A stretch of 64,000 nucleotides of DNA from an uncultured Sandarakinorhabdus sp. (GCA_964535865.1 CAZHTW010000001.1:4599-68598), one strand, 5' to 3'; shown: positions 10,321 to 20,332, counted from the first letter of the stretch. A program made the numbers and translations. The notes: generated by a model from the letters alone, not told the origin.

Positions 10321-11596
10321 TTTCGGCGGCAAGATCGGCCACATAAGGCTCGAAATTCACCTGCATGGTGTGGCGGCGGCTGGCGTAATAATGGCCCTGA
10401 TATTTCCGCTCCTCCGCCGCGATCACGCGGGTCATCTCGGCCGGATCGGGCAGCGCATAGCGCCCGGCCAGATAGGCCGACAGCAGCCTTGACTGCTGCT
10501 CCGCCAGGTTGACCAGCGTCGGCAGCGTCTGCGCCAGCCCCATGAACCACAGGCCGTGCAGCGCCGGATCGGCCTGCACCATGCGCTTGTACAACGGGAT
10601 GTGATTGTCGGTCACCCGCGCATCGGCGGGATCAAGGAAGGGGAATTCGATATTGTAACCGGTGGCGCAGATGATCGCATCCAGCACGGCGCGGCTGCCA
10701 TCCGTGAAGATCACCCCATCGCCATCCAGCCTGGCGATGGCCGGCTTCACCATGATGTCACCGCTGCCCACCCGGGTCAGAAATTCGCCGCTCACGGTTG
10801 GATGGGCGTCCAACGGCTCATGATCGGGGGCGGGCAGGCCATAATCTTCCATGTTGCCCACCAGGCTCTTCACCTTGCGCCGGCCGATCCAGCGCGCCAG
10901 CGGCAGCGGCAGCCACGGCGGCGCGGCCTGCTTGTCGGCCGGCACGCCGTTGAAATATTTGGGCAGCACCCAAACGCCGCGCCGGGTGGAGACAAAACAG
11001 GCTGCGGTGATGCTGCGCTGGCCAAGTTCGGAGGCGATATCGACCGCGCTGTTGCCCATGCCCACCACCAGCACGCGCTTGCCGATCAGGTTCAGTGGTT
11101 CAAACGGCGTGCGATAATCATGGGCATGGATGATGTGGCCGTCGAACTGGCCGTCCCACACCGGGCGGTTCGGGCTCCAATGGTGGCCATTGGCAACAAC
11201 GACAGCGCGATAGGCCTTGGTGCCCTTGCGGGTCATCACATCCCAATCGCCGTCGCTACGCCGGGCCACCCTTGTCACCGGCGTTTCGAACTGCACCAGC
11301 CCGCGCAGCCCGAAATGATCGACATAGTCGTTGAAATATTGCGCGATCAGGCTGTGGTGCGGAAAATCCGGCCAGTCGGCGGGCACCGGATAGTCCGCGA
11401 ACTGCAAGCGCCACTTCGATGTGTCGATGTGCAGCGACTGATAGGCACTGCTCATGCCATTGGGATTGTTATAGGCCCAGTTGCCGCCAATCCGGTCAGA
11501 GGCTTCAAACCAGTCAAAGGCGATGCCCTCGTCACGCAGCCGCTTGGCAGTGGTGAAGCCGGAACAGCCGGCACCGATCAGGGCAACAGGGCGCAT
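10256..11596 (-). CDS. Flavin-containing monooxygenase (FMO, class B)
   Basis: GAGCSG FAD motif, FDGHIIHAHDY FMO fingerprint, GMGNSA NADPH motif, CATGY. Confidence 0.93.
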   Translation of the reverse strand: MRPVALIGAGCSGFTTAKRLRDEGIAFDWFEASDRIGGNWAYNNPNGMSSAYQSLHIDTSKWRLQFADYPVPADWPDFPHHSLIAQYFNDYVDHFGLRGLVQFETPVTRVARRSDGDWDVMTRKGTKAYRAVVVANGHHWSPNRPVWDGQFDGHIIHAHDYRTPFEPLNLIGKRVLVVGMGNSAVDIASELGQRSITAACFVSTRRGVWVLPKYFNGVPADKQAAPPWLPLPLARWIGRRKVKSLVGNMEDYGLPAPDHEPLDAHPTVSGEFLTRVGSGDIMVKPAIARLDGDGVIFTDGSRAVLDAIICATGYNIEFPFLDPADARVTDNHIPLYKRMVQADPALHGLWFMGLAQTLPTLVNLAEQQSRLLSAYLAGRYALPDPAEMTRVIAAEERKYQGHYYASRRHTMQVNFEPYVADLAAEIRRGAKRRPQPAAAAAGAPAP

Positions 11597-11647
11597 GTGC
11601 ATGGGCGCAGTCTATGGCGTGCAGCGGCGCGCGCCACCTCACGCTTT

Positions 11648-11659
11648 GCATACGAATAC
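11648..11659. promoter_or_regulatory. Putative LacI-family operator (copy 3) between the divergent FMO and SSS genes
   Basis: GCATACGAATAC, 10/12 match to the palindrome at 17305. Confidence 0.6.
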
Positions 11660-11726
11660 CCGCGCGCCCACCATTGCCGGCTCCGCCCGGCCATGGCACC
11701 CCTTGGCAAAAGGGGATGGATCAAGA

Positions 11727-13322
11727 ATGGCAGGTGATGTCTTCGCGCGCGGCTTGGCCGGGCTGGATTGGGCCGTGGTCGCTGCCTATGCGCTGGTGGT
11801 GATCGGGCTGGGCCTGTGGGCCGGGCGCAAACAGGCCAGCGGCACGGATTTCTTCCTGGCCAGCCGCGACAGTGGCTGGCCCGTGATCGGCCTGTCGCTG
11901 CTGGCGTCCAACATCTCGTCGGCCACGCTGATCGGGTTGGCGGGCGCGGCCTATGCCAATGGCATCGCGGTTTACAATTATGAGTGGATGGCCAGCGTCA
12001 TCCTGGTGTTTTTCTGCATCTTCTTTCTGCCGTTCATCATCCGCGCGCAGGTCTACACCATGCCGGAGTTTCTGGAGCGCCGCTTCAGCCGCGGCACCCG
12101 CGCCTATTTCTCGGCGCTCACCATCTTCCTCAGCGTGTTCGTGGACAAGGCCGCCACCCTTTATGGCGGCGCGTTGATGCTGTCCCTCATCTTTCCCGGT
12201 GTGCCGCTGTGGCAGATGATCGTGGCGCTGGCGGTGCTGGCCGGCGTCTATACCATCGTCGGCGGGCTGAAAGCCGTGCTCTACACCGAAGTCTTGCAGG
12301 CGGTGATCCTGCTGGGCGCCGCGGTGGTGCTGTCCATCGCGGCCTTTGACGCGGTGGGCGGCTGGAGCCGGATCATCGCCGAAGTGCCGGCGGCCAAACT
12401 CTCGCTGATCCGGCCAGTGGATGATCCATCGGTGCCATGGACCGGGCTGATCACCGGCGTGCCGATCCTGGGGTTCTATTTCTGGTGCACCAACCAGTTC
12501 ATGGTGCAGCGCGTGCTGTCGGCGCGCAATCTGGATCATGGCCGCTGGGGCAGCCTGTTTGCCGGGCTGCTGAAGCTGCCGGTGCTGTGGCTGATGGTGC
12601 TGCCCGGCACCTGCGCCATCCTGCTCTATCCGGCGCTGAAGACGCCCGATCTCGTCTATCCCACCCTGATGTTCGATCTGTTGCCCACCGGCCTGCTGGG
12701 GCTGGTGGTGGCAGGCTTCCTGGCCGCCATCATGTCGGCCACCGCCTCCACCTTCAATTCGGCGGCAACCTTGTTCACCATGGATTTCGCCCGCCACTGG
12801 AACCCGGATCTGGAGGGCAAGGCGCTGGTACGCACCGGCCGGTTGGCCACATTGGTGTTTCTGTTGGTGGCGGTGGTGGTGGCCCCACAGATCGAACGCT
12901 TCGGCAGTGTGTGGCAATATCTGCAAGGCGCGCTCAGCTACACTGCGCCGCCGATCGTCGCGGTGTTCCTGCTCGGCCTGTTCTGGCCGCGCGCCAATGC
13001 ACGCGGGGCCAGCGCGGCGATTCTGACGGGCCTGGTGATGGGCATCGGGCTGTTCTTCGCCATCAATGTGACGGGCAGTGTGCAGATCCATTTCCTGCAC
13101 GTGGCGCCGATCCTGCTGGCAGGGTCCGCGTTGGCGATGGTGGTGGGCTCGCTCACCGCCCCGCCGCCGCCGCCGGAAAAAACCGCTGGCCTGTTGTGGA
13201 ACCGCAGCTTTTTCGATGCCGAAACCGCCAGCCTGGCCGGCACGCCGGTCTGGGCCAATTACCGCGTGCTCGCCATCGCCTTGCTGGCTGCGACATTTGT
13301 GATCGTCTGGCGCTTCGCCTGA
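11727..13322 (+). CDS. Sodium:solute symporter (SLC5/SGLT-like, probably glucose)
   Basis: FFLASR..GW..IGLSLLASNIS, YTMPEFLERRF, YFWCTNQFMVQRVL, AAIMS...S.FNS. Confidence 0.93.
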   Translation: MAGDVFARGLAGLDWAVVAAYALVVIGLGLWAGRKQASGTDFFLASRDSGWPVIGLSLLASNISSATLIGLAGAAYANGIAVYNYEWMASVILVFFCIFFLPFIIRAQVYTMPEFLERRFSRGTRAYFSALTIFLSVFVDKAATLYGGALMLSLIFPGVPLWQMIVALAVLAGVYTIVGGLKAVLYTEVLQAVILLGAAVVLSIAAFDAVGGWSRIIAEVPAAKLSLIRPVDDPSVPWTGLITGVPILGFYFWCTNQFMVQRVLSARNLDHGRWGSLFAGLLKLPVLWLMVLPGTCAILLYPALKTPDLVYPTLMFDLLPTGLLGLVVAGFLAAIMSATASTFNSAATLFTMDFARHWNPDLEGKALVRTGRLATLVFLLVAVVVAPQIERFGSVWQYLQGALSYTAPPIVAVFLLGLFWPRANARGASAAILTGLVMGIGLFFAINVTGSVQIHFLHVAPILLAGSALAMVVGSLTAPPPPPEKTAGLLWNRSFFDAETASLAGTPVWANYRVLAIALLAATFVIVWRFA

Positions 13323-13342
13323 TCAAGGCATAAGCCGTCGCC

Positions 13343-14617
13343 ATGACCAGCACCGCCGCCACTGAAGATCTGCTGTTCAGCGTGCTGGTGCAGTTGATCA
13401 TCATGATCACCGCTGCCCGCGCGCTGAACATTGTTGCCCGCCGGCTGGGGCAGCCCGGCGCGGTGGGCGAAATCATCGCCGGCCTGATGCTGGGCCCGTC
13501 GCTGCTGGGCGCGCTGGCGCCGGGCGTTTCGGTGCAATTGTTCGGTGCGACGCCGGCGCCGGCCATCACCATCATCAGCCAGATCGGCCTGACGCTGTTG
13601 ATGTTCCAGATCGGCAGCGAGTTCGAATTCGGCCATCTGCAAACCCCGCAGCACCGGACGGGCGCGCTGCTGATTGCCGGGGCTTCGGTGGCGGTGCCGT
13701 TGCTGGCCGGGCTGGCGTTTGGCTGGGCCAGTGCCGATGCGCTGGCACCCGGCATTGATCCCACGCTTTATGCGCTGTTCTGCGGCAATGCGATGGCGAT
13801 CACTGCGCTGCCCATATTGGGCCGCATATTGGCGCAGTTCGGGCTGACCGACAAACCAATGGGCGTGGTGGCGATTGCGGCGGCGGCGGTGAACGATGTG
13901 GCGGGCTGGGTGATGCTCGCCAGCATCTCGGCACTGGCGGCGGCGCGCTTTTCAGGGCTGGATCTGGCGCTGCAACTGGCCGGCATCGGAACGCTGCTGA
14001 TCATCGCGCGGCTGGTGCTGGCGCCGCTGGCCAGCCGGCTGGTGGCGGCCTTCCCGCCCAGCGGTGGCCGCATCGATCCCACACTGATGGCCGCAATGCT
14101 GGCCCTGGTGTTCGGGCTGGCGATCTGCACTTACAGATTGGGCATCTTCGCCATTTTCGGCGGCTTTCTGGGCGGGCTGATCATGCACCGCCACGCCGGC
14201 TTCGTGGCGGCGTGGAAGGGCCAGGTGGGCGGTTTCGTGCTGGTGTTCTTCCTGCCGGTGTTCTTCACCTATACGGGCCTGCGCACCAATCTGCTCGGGC
14301 TTGGCGCGGGCGATCTTGTGTGGCTGGCGATCATTCTGGGGCTGGCCATCCTGGCCAAGATCATCCCCGTCTATGGCGCGGCGCGGCTTTCGGGCTACAC
14401 CCCGGCCGAATCCGCCGTGCTGGGCAGCCTGATGAACACCCGCGCCCTGATGGAGCTGATCGTGCTCAACATCGGCCGCGATCTGGGGGTGATTCCACCG
14501 GCTGTGTTCACCATGCTGGTGGTGATGGCGGTGGTGACGACGATCATGACCGGGCCGCTGTTGAAATATCTGTTGCCGCGCACCGGGCACATCATCCCCA
14601 AAGGGATCGAGGCATGA
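13343..14617 (+). CDS. Cation:proton antiporter (CPA2/KefB-like, membrane domain only)
   Basis: GQP..VGEI.AGL.LGPS.LG, AITALPILGRIL, AAVNDV, LMNTRALMELIVLNIG. Confidence 0.9.
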   Translation: MTSTAATEDLLFSVLVQLIIMITAARALNIVARRLGQPGAVGEIIAGLMLGPSLLGALAPGVSVQLFGATPAPAITIISQIGLTLLMFQIGSEFEFGHLQTPQHRTGALLIAGASVAVPLLAGLAFGWASADALAPGIDPTLYALFCGNAMAITALPILGRILAQFGLTDKPMGVVAIAAAAVNDVAGWVMLASISALAAARFSGLDLALQLAGIGTLLIIARLVLAPLASRLVAAFPPSGGRIDPTLMAAMLALVFGLAICTYRLGIFAIFGGFLGGLIMHRHAGFVAAWKGQVGGFVLVFFLPVFFTYTGLRTNLLGLGAGDLVWLAIILGLAILAKIIPVYGAARLSGYTPAESAVLGSLMNTRALMELIVLNIGRDLGVIPPAVFTMLVVMAVVTTIMTGPLLKYLLPRTGHIIPKGIEA

Positions 14618-16131
14618 GGGACGACACGGTCCGCACGGTCTGCATCGTCGGCGGGGGGTCCGCCGGCTGGATGGCTGCGGCCGCGCTGGCCCGCAACCTG
14701 CCCCACGGCGTGGCCATCCAGCTGGTCGAATCCGAAGACATCGGCACGGTGGGCGTGGGGGAGGCCACCATCCCGCCGATCAAGCTGTTCAACCAGATGC
14801 TCGGCCTGAACGAAGCCGATTTCGTCCGCGCCACGCAAGGGTCGTTCAAGCTGGGCATCGAATTCGTGGGCTGGGGCCAGGCCGGCCACCGTTATTTCCA
14901 CCCGTTCGGCACATTCGGCGCGGATTTTGACAGCGTGGCCCTGCACCATTGGTGGAACCGCCAACGGCTGGCCGGCGATGCCACGCCGCTGGATGATTAC
15001 TCCATGGCCTGGGTCGCCGCGAAGGCCAACCGCTTTGCCCCGCCGGCGCAGGATCGCCGGCTGGTGCAATCCACCTTCGATTATGCCTATCATTTCGATG
15101 CCGGCCTTTATGCCCGCGCCCTGCGCGCGCTGGCAGAGGCGCAGGGCGTCACCCGCCACGAAGGCCGCATCAGCGGGGTGGCGCGTGACGGCGAAACCGG
15201 CAATGTCACCGCCATCACGCTGGCCGACGGCCGCCGGATCGAGGCGGAGTTCTGGATCGATTGCTCCGGCTTCCGTGGCCTCCTCATCGCCGACGCCCTG
15301 GAAACGCCGTTCGTCGACTGGACGCACTGGCTGCCCTGCGACCGGGCGCTCGCCGTGCCCTGCGCCCATGCGAACGGCACCGATGGCGCCGGTTTCACGC
15401 CCTACACACGTTCCACCGCGCATGCCGCCGGCTGGCAATGGCGCATCCCGCTGCAACACCGCATCGGCAACGGCCATGTGTTTTCTTCGGCCTTCATGGG
15501 GGAGGATGAAGCCGCCGCCATCCTGATGGCCAATCTTGATGGCCCGGCGCTGGCCGATCCCCGCCTGCTCAAGTTCACCACCGGCCGCCGGGCCAGCGCC
15601 TGGAGCCACAATGTCGTCGCCATCGGGCTGGCCGCCGGCTTCATGGAGCCGCTGGAATCCACCTCACTCCACCTCGTCCAATCCGGCCTGATGCGGCTGC
15701 TGGCGCTGTGGCCAACCCGCGCCATGGACGCGCTGGTGCGCGACGAGTTCAACCGCGTCACCGCCACCGAGTGGGAGCGCATCCGCGATTTCCTCATCCT
15801 TCACTATCACCTGAACAGCCGCGACGAGCCGATGTGGCAGCAGTGCGCCGCCATGCCGATACCCGATACGCTGGCCCACAGGATCGCGCATTTCCGGTCA
15901 TCCGGCCGCCTGGTGTCCGATGGTCCGGAGCTGTTCCTCAACGCCAGCTGGCTGGCCGTGCATGTCGGCCAGTTCAACCTGGCCGATTCCTATGATCCGC
16001 TCGCCGATGCCCGCGCACGCCAGGTGGATGCGCCGCGCCTGCTCTCAGGCCTCACCCGCGTGATGCGTGAAGCCGCCGCCGAAATGCCCGGCCACGCCGC
16101 CTTCATCGCCCGCCACTGCGCGGCAAACTGA
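14614..16131 (+). CDS. Flavin-dependent halogenase (tryptophan halogenase family), copy 1
   Basis: GGGSAGW, VGVGEATIP, GSFKLGIEF (catalytic Lys), WQWRIP, FMEPLEST; ATGA overlap with the antiporter. Confidence 0.95.
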   Translation: MRDDTVRTVCIVGGGSAGWMAAAALARNLPHGVAIQLVESEDIGTVGVGEATIPPIKLFNQMLGLNEADFVRATQGSFKLGIEFVGWGQAGHRYFHPFGTFGADFDSVALHHWWNRQRLAGDATPLDDYSMAWVAAKANRFAPPAQDRRLVQSTFDYAYHFDAGLYARALRALAEAQGVTRHEGRISGVARDGETGNVTAITLADGRRIEAEFWIDCSGFRGLLIADALETPFVDWTHWLPCDRALAVPCAHANGTDGAGFTPYTRSTAHAAGWQWRIPLQHRIGNGHVFSSAFMGEDEAAAILMANLDGPALADPRLLKFTTGRRASAWSHNVVAIGLAAGFMEPLESTSLHLVQSGLMRLLALWPTRAMDALVRDEFNRVTATEWERIRDFLILHYHLNSRDEPMWQQCAAMPIPDTLAHRIAHFRSSGRLVSDGPELFLNASWLAVHVGQFNLADSYDPLADARARQVDAPRLLSGLTRVMREAAAEMPGHAAFIARHCAAN

Positions 16132-16249
16132 TCCTCCTCAGCCGCAGGATGGGGAGCTGGCGAGCGTAGCGAGCCGGAGGGGCTCTCGCCGCACGCGCCC
16201 CTGCGTCAGCTTGCGGCGGCCACCTCCCCAAACAAGTTTGGGGAGGATC
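16130..16249. repeat. Inverted pair of REP/CIR-like palindromic elements between convergent genes
   Basis: GATCCTCC..GGGGAG.TGGC..GGAGGGGC (16130-16183) and an inverted copy (16197-16249); related copy at 56461. Confidence 0.75.
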
Positions 16250-16252
16250 TTC

Positions 16253-17266
16253 TCAACTCGAACTCCGCACCACCAGCCGCGCCGGCAGCGCCTGCGGGCT
16301 GGGGATGTCGCCGCGCAACCGGTCGAGCAATGTTTCCACCAGCACGGTGCCGGCATGGCGGGCATCCTGTGCCACGGTGGTGAGCGGCGGGCTGGTCAGG
16401 CTGGCGGCGGGCTGATCGTCAAAGCCAACCACCGCCACATCATCCGGCACCCTGAGGCCCGCTTCGGCCAGCGCGCGCATCGCGCCGATGGCCACCAGAT
16501 CGCTCACACAGAAAATGGCATCAAACGGCGTGCCGGCAGCCAACAGATCGTGCACCGCGGCATAGCCTTCCTCCTCGCTGCTGTTGGCGGCGCGCATCAG
16601 GGCCGGACAGGCCTGCAACCCGGCCTCGGCCTGCGCGGCGCGCCACCCTTCGCAGCGGTCCAGAAACTCCGGCGCGCCTTCATTGGCGGTGCCGATGAAG
16701 GCGATCCGCCGCCGCCCACGTTCGATCAGGTGGCGGGTGGCGGCCAGCCCGCCGCCCAGATTGTCGCTGCCGATGGTGGTGCCCAGCTGGCCGGGCCGCA
16801 AACTGCCCCAGCGCACGAAATGCGTGCCCTGTTGCACCAGCTGTTCCAGGCGCGGCAGATATTCGAGATAATTGCCATACCCCAGCAGGATCAGCCCGTC
16901 GGCCCGGCGCGCATCCTCATAATCCACATGCCAGTTGCCGGACAATTGCTGGAAACTGATCAGCAGATCATATCCGGCCACCGCGCACCGCTTGGTGATC
17001 GCGCCCAGCATCGACAGGAAAAACGGGTTGATCTGTGTCTCGCCCGGTGCCGGGTCTTCAAAGAACAGCAGCGCCAGCGTGCGCGTCGCCTGCCGCCGCA
17101 GGTTGGAGGCGTTCTTGTCCACCTTGTAATTGAGCGCTTCGGCCGCCGCAAACACCCGTGCCCGGGTTTCGGCCGATACCGCCGGGTTGCCCGACAGCGC
17201 GCGCGACACCGTGGGCTGCGACACCCCGGCCAAGGCAGCAATATCGAAACTGGTCACCCGTGCCAT
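16253..17266 (-). CDS. LacI family repressor (MalR/MalI-like)
   Basis: [39 protein letters not shown]; divergent from the TBDR and GH13 operon. Confidence 0.93.
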   Translation of the reverse strand: MARVTSFDIAALAGVSQPTVSRALSGNPAVSAETRARVFAAAEALNYKVDKNASNLRRQATRTLALLFFEDPAPGETQINPFFLSMLGAITKRCAVAGYDLLISFQQLSGNWHVDYEDARRADGLILLGYGNYLEYLPRLEQLVQQGTHFVRWGSLRPGQLGTTIGSDNLGGGLAATRHLIERGRRRIAFIGTANEGAPEFLDRCEGWRAAQAEAGLQACPALMRAANSSEEEGYAAVHDLLAAGTPFDAIFCVSDLVAIGAMRALAEAGLRVPDDVAVVGFDDQPAASLTSPPLTTVAQDARHAGTVLVETLLDRLRGDIPSPQALPARLVVRSSS

Positions 17267-17304
17267 TGGCCCGGCCACCCTTCCCCAAATTCAGCCCGCT
17301 GGCT

Positions 17305-17316
17305 GCATACGTATGC
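17305..17316. promoter_or_regulatory. Putative LacI operator 1
   Basis: Perfect palindrome GCATACGTATGC with central CG, in the repressor/TBDR intergenic region. Confidence 0.75.
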
Positions 17317-17355
17317 CTTTGTTGGCCAAGGCTTAGCGTGACATAATAGCCACGT

Positions 17356-17367
17356 GAATACGTATGT
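17356..17367. promoter_or_regulatory. Putative LacI operator 2
   Basis: GAATACGTATGT, 51 bp from operator 1. Confidence 0.7.
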
Positions 17368-17515
17368 CCGGATGTGCGGACATATTGCGCTGCCTGTTGC
17401 TTGTCAGTCACAAACATCGCGCTGAACAGCCGCTCTGTCAGATCCAGCCCGCCAACGGGGGATGCGGATAAGGCCCACCAACGGGCCGTGCGGCTGATTT
17501 TGGGGGGTGATGAAC

Positions 17516-20263
17516 ATGCGAAACCAATTTGTGCGTGCAACCTTGCTGGCGGGTGTGGCCAGCCCCTTGCTGTTGGCGGTGCCGGCGCTGGCGCAAGCCG
17601 CCGCTGCGCCGGAAAAGACCGCCGCTGCCGAAGCCGATACCGCGGCCGAGGAACTGGTGGTCACCGGTTATCGCCGCTCGCTGCAGGTGGCCCTGGCCAA
17701 CAAGCTGAACAGCGATCGCATCGTCGAATCGGTCAGCGCCGAAGACATCGGCCGCCTGCCCGACAACTCGATTGCCGATGCCATCGCCCGCCTGCCCGGC
17801 CTGACCACGCAGCGCCTGAACGGCCGCAGCCAGGTCATCTCCATCCGCGGCTTTGCACCGGATTTCTCCTCCACCCTGCTCAACGGCCGCGAACAGGTCA
17901 CCAACGGTGACAACCGCTCGGTGGAATTCGATCAATATCCGGCCGAAGTCATCAACCAGGTGCTGGTGTATAAAACGCCGGATGCCAGCCTGGTGGCACA
18001 GGGCCTGTCGGGCACGGTCGATCTGCAGACCATCCGCCCGCTGTCCTATGGCAAGCAGGTCATCTCGGTCGGCGCGCGGTATGAATATACCGACAATGGC
18101 CGGCTGAACGCGGATTCCAAGCAGTTCGGCTGGCGCGGTTCGGCGCTGTATGTCGACCAGTTTGCCGATGGCAAGGTGGGCGTGCTGCTGGGCATCAGCC
18201 ACATCGACAGCCCCACCCAGACCGAGCGCTTCAACGCCTGGGGTTATCCCAATGCCAATGCGTCCAACGTCGTCATCGGCGGTTCCAAATCCTATGTGGA
18301 CAGCGTGCGCCTGCAGCGCACCGGCGTCACCGGCGCCCTGGAATTCAAGCCCGCCGAAGATCTGACGATCGCCTTTGATGGCTATTACAGCAAGTTCAAG
18401 GAAGATCAGGTGCTGCGTGGCATCGAACTGCCGCTGTTCTGGTCCGCCGCCCAGCTCGCCCCCGGCTTCCAGACCGCCAATGGCCTGGTCACCAATGGCA
18501 CCTTCAATGGCGTCAAGGGCGTGGTGCGCAACGATCTGAACAAGAAGGAAGCCGATCTTTATTCCGGCGGCCTCAACATCAAGTGGGAAAATGATGATTG
18601 GCAGGTGATCGGCGATGCCAGCTATTCCGGCATCGACCGTTCGGAACTGGTGCTGGAAACCTATGCCGGGACCGGCCGCGGCCCGCTGGGCGCCACCGAC
18701 GCGCTGGGCTTCACCATGACCGACCGCGGCGCCACCTTCCGCCCGACGCTGAATTATGGCGATTACAACCTGATCCGGCTGACCAGCCCGCAGGGTTGGG
18801 GCGGCGATGTCGCCAATCCCGGCGGCCAGCCGATCCGCGGCGGCCAGGATGGTTATTTCAATGATCGTCAGGTGACGGACGAGCTTTATGCCTTCCGCGC
18901 CCAGGTGGAACGCAAGCTGGAAGGCGCGATCAGCGGCATCCAGGCCGGCGTGAACTACACCAACCGCGAGAAGGAACTCACGCCGGATGAGTTCTTCCTG
19001 GGCCTGCGCGGCAACACCGATGGCCTGACCAGCGTTGCCATCCCCACCGATGCCCGGCTGGGCACCACCAACCTCAGCTTCCTCGGCCTGGGTCCGATGG
19101 TCAGCTATGATCCGCTCGCCCTGCTCAACAGCGGCATCTACAACCGGGTGCGCAACCCCAATGCCGATGTGAACACCAAGGGCTGGACGGTGCGCGAAAA
19201 GGTCTTCACCGGCTGGGTGATGGCCAAGATCAACGCCGATATCGGCGATGCCAAGCTGACCGGCAATGTCGGCGTGCAGGTGGTCAATGTCGACCAGAGC
19301 TCCACCGCGCTGGTGTCGTCCAACATCGGCAGCAGCATCGTTTCGACGGTGCGCACCGACGGCGCCAAATACACCGACGTGCTGCCGTCGGCCAACCTGT
19401 CGCTGCGCATGCCGGATGATGTGGTGGTGCGCCTGGGCGTGGCCCGCCAGATCGCCCGCCCGCGCATGGACGACATGCGCGCCGCCATCAATTACAACTT
19501 CAACCCGGCCCTGGGCCAGACCCCGGGCGTCACCCCGTGGGGCGGCGGCGGCGGCAACGCCCAGCTGCGGCCATGGCGTGCCAATGCCATCGATCTTTCG
19601 GTGGAAAAATATTTCGACGGCAAGGGCTACATCGCGCTCGCCGGCTTCTTCAAGGATCTGAAGAGCTATATCTTCGAAGTGGCGCAGCCGTTCAACTTCG
19701 CCGGCTTCCCGCTGCCGGCGGGCGTGCCGGAACCGCTCACCCGCCAGGGCTTTGTCACCCAGTGGGTCAACGGCCAGGGCGGCCAGCTTTACGGCGCCGA
19801 ACTGTCGGGCCAATTGCCCTTCTCCACCTTCACCACCGCGCTCGATGGCTTTGGCGTCAACGGCTCGGCGGCCTGGACCAAGAGCAAGGTGGCCCCGGCC
19901 CCCGGTGCCAATCCGGATGATCTGCCCGGCTATTCGCGCTGGGTGACCAACCTCACCGGCTATTATGAAAAGGGCGGCTTCTCGGCCCGAGCCTCGATGC
20001 GCACCCGTTCATCCTTCCAGGGCGAACTGCGCGGCTTTGGCGGCGGCAACCAGCGCCGCCGGGCCGATGGTGAGCTGATCCTCGACACGCAGATCAGCTA
20101 TGAAATCCAGGGCGGCGCGCTGAAGGGCCTCACCCTCTTGGCCCAGGCGCAGAATCTCACCAACGAACCGTTCGTGACCTTCAACCCGGGCCGCCCGCAG
20201 GAAATCATCGACTATCAGGATTATGGTCGGCGCTTCCTGCTTGGCTTCAACTGGCGTTATTGA
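17516..20263 (+). CDS. TonB-dependent receptor, probably for maltodextrin (MalA-like)
   Basis: Signal peptide, TonB box ELVVTG, plug SAEDIGRLPD.SIA..RLPG, C-terminal aromatic residue (FNWRY); adjacent GH13/GH97 genes. Confidence 0.93.
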   Translation: MRNQFVRATLLAGVASPLLLAVPALAQAAAAPEKTAAAEADTAAEELVVTGYRRSLQVALANKLNSDRIVESVSAEDIGRLPDNSIADAIARLPGLTTQRLNGRSQVISIRGFAPDFSSTLLNGREQVTNGDNRSVEFDQYPAEVINQVLVYKTPDASLVAQGLSGTVDLQTIRPLSYGKQVISVGARYEYTDNGRLNADSKQFGWRGSALYVDQFADGKVGVLLGISHIDSPTQTERFNAWGYPNANASNVVIGGSKSYVDSVRLQRTGVTGALEFKPAEDLTIAFDGYYSKFKEDQVLRGIELPLFWSAAQLAPGFQTANGLVTNGTFNGVKGVVRNDLNKKEADLYSGGLNIKWENDDWQVIGDASYSGIDRSELVLETYAGTGRGPLGATDALGFTMTDRGATFRPTLNYGDYNLIRLTSPQGWGGDVANPGGQPIRGGQDGYFNDRQVTDELYAFRAQVERKLEGAISGIQAGVNYTNREKELTPDEFFLGLRGNTDGLTSVAIPTDARLGTTNLSFLGLGPMVSYDPLALLNSGIYNRVRNPNADVNTKGWTVREKVFTGWVMAKINADIGDAKLTGNVGVQVVNVDQSSTALVSSNIGSSIVSTVRTDGAKYTDVLPSANLSLRMPDDVVVRLGVARQIARPRMDDMRAAINYNFNPALGQTPGVTPWGGGGGNAQLRPWRANAIDLSVEKYFDGKGYIALAGFFKDLKSYIFEVAQPFNFAGFPLPAGVPEPLTRQGFVTQWVNGQGGQLYGAELSGQLPFSTFTTALDGFGVNGSAAWTKSKVAPAPGANPDDLPGYSRWVTNLTGYYEKGGFSARASMRTRSSFQGELRGFGGGNQRRRADGELILDTQISYEIQGGALKGLTLLAQAQNLTNEPFVTFNPGRPQEIIDYQDYGRRFLLGFNWRY

Positions 20264-20275
20264 TCGCACGATGCT

Positions 20276-20315
20276 GGCGGCCGGCCTTGGTTTCCCCTTG
20301 GCCGGCCGCCTTTTT
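20276..20315 (+). terminator. Rho-independent terminator/attenuator after the TBDR
   Basis: GGCGGCCGGCC / GGCCGGCCGCC 11-bp stem followed by TTTTT. Confidence 0.8.
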
Positions 20316-20332
20316 CATGCGCAAAAGCCGTG

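Noticed and set aside
16130-16249. CRISPR array or IS ends
   Set aside because: Only two inverted units, no regular spacers, no cas or transposase gene
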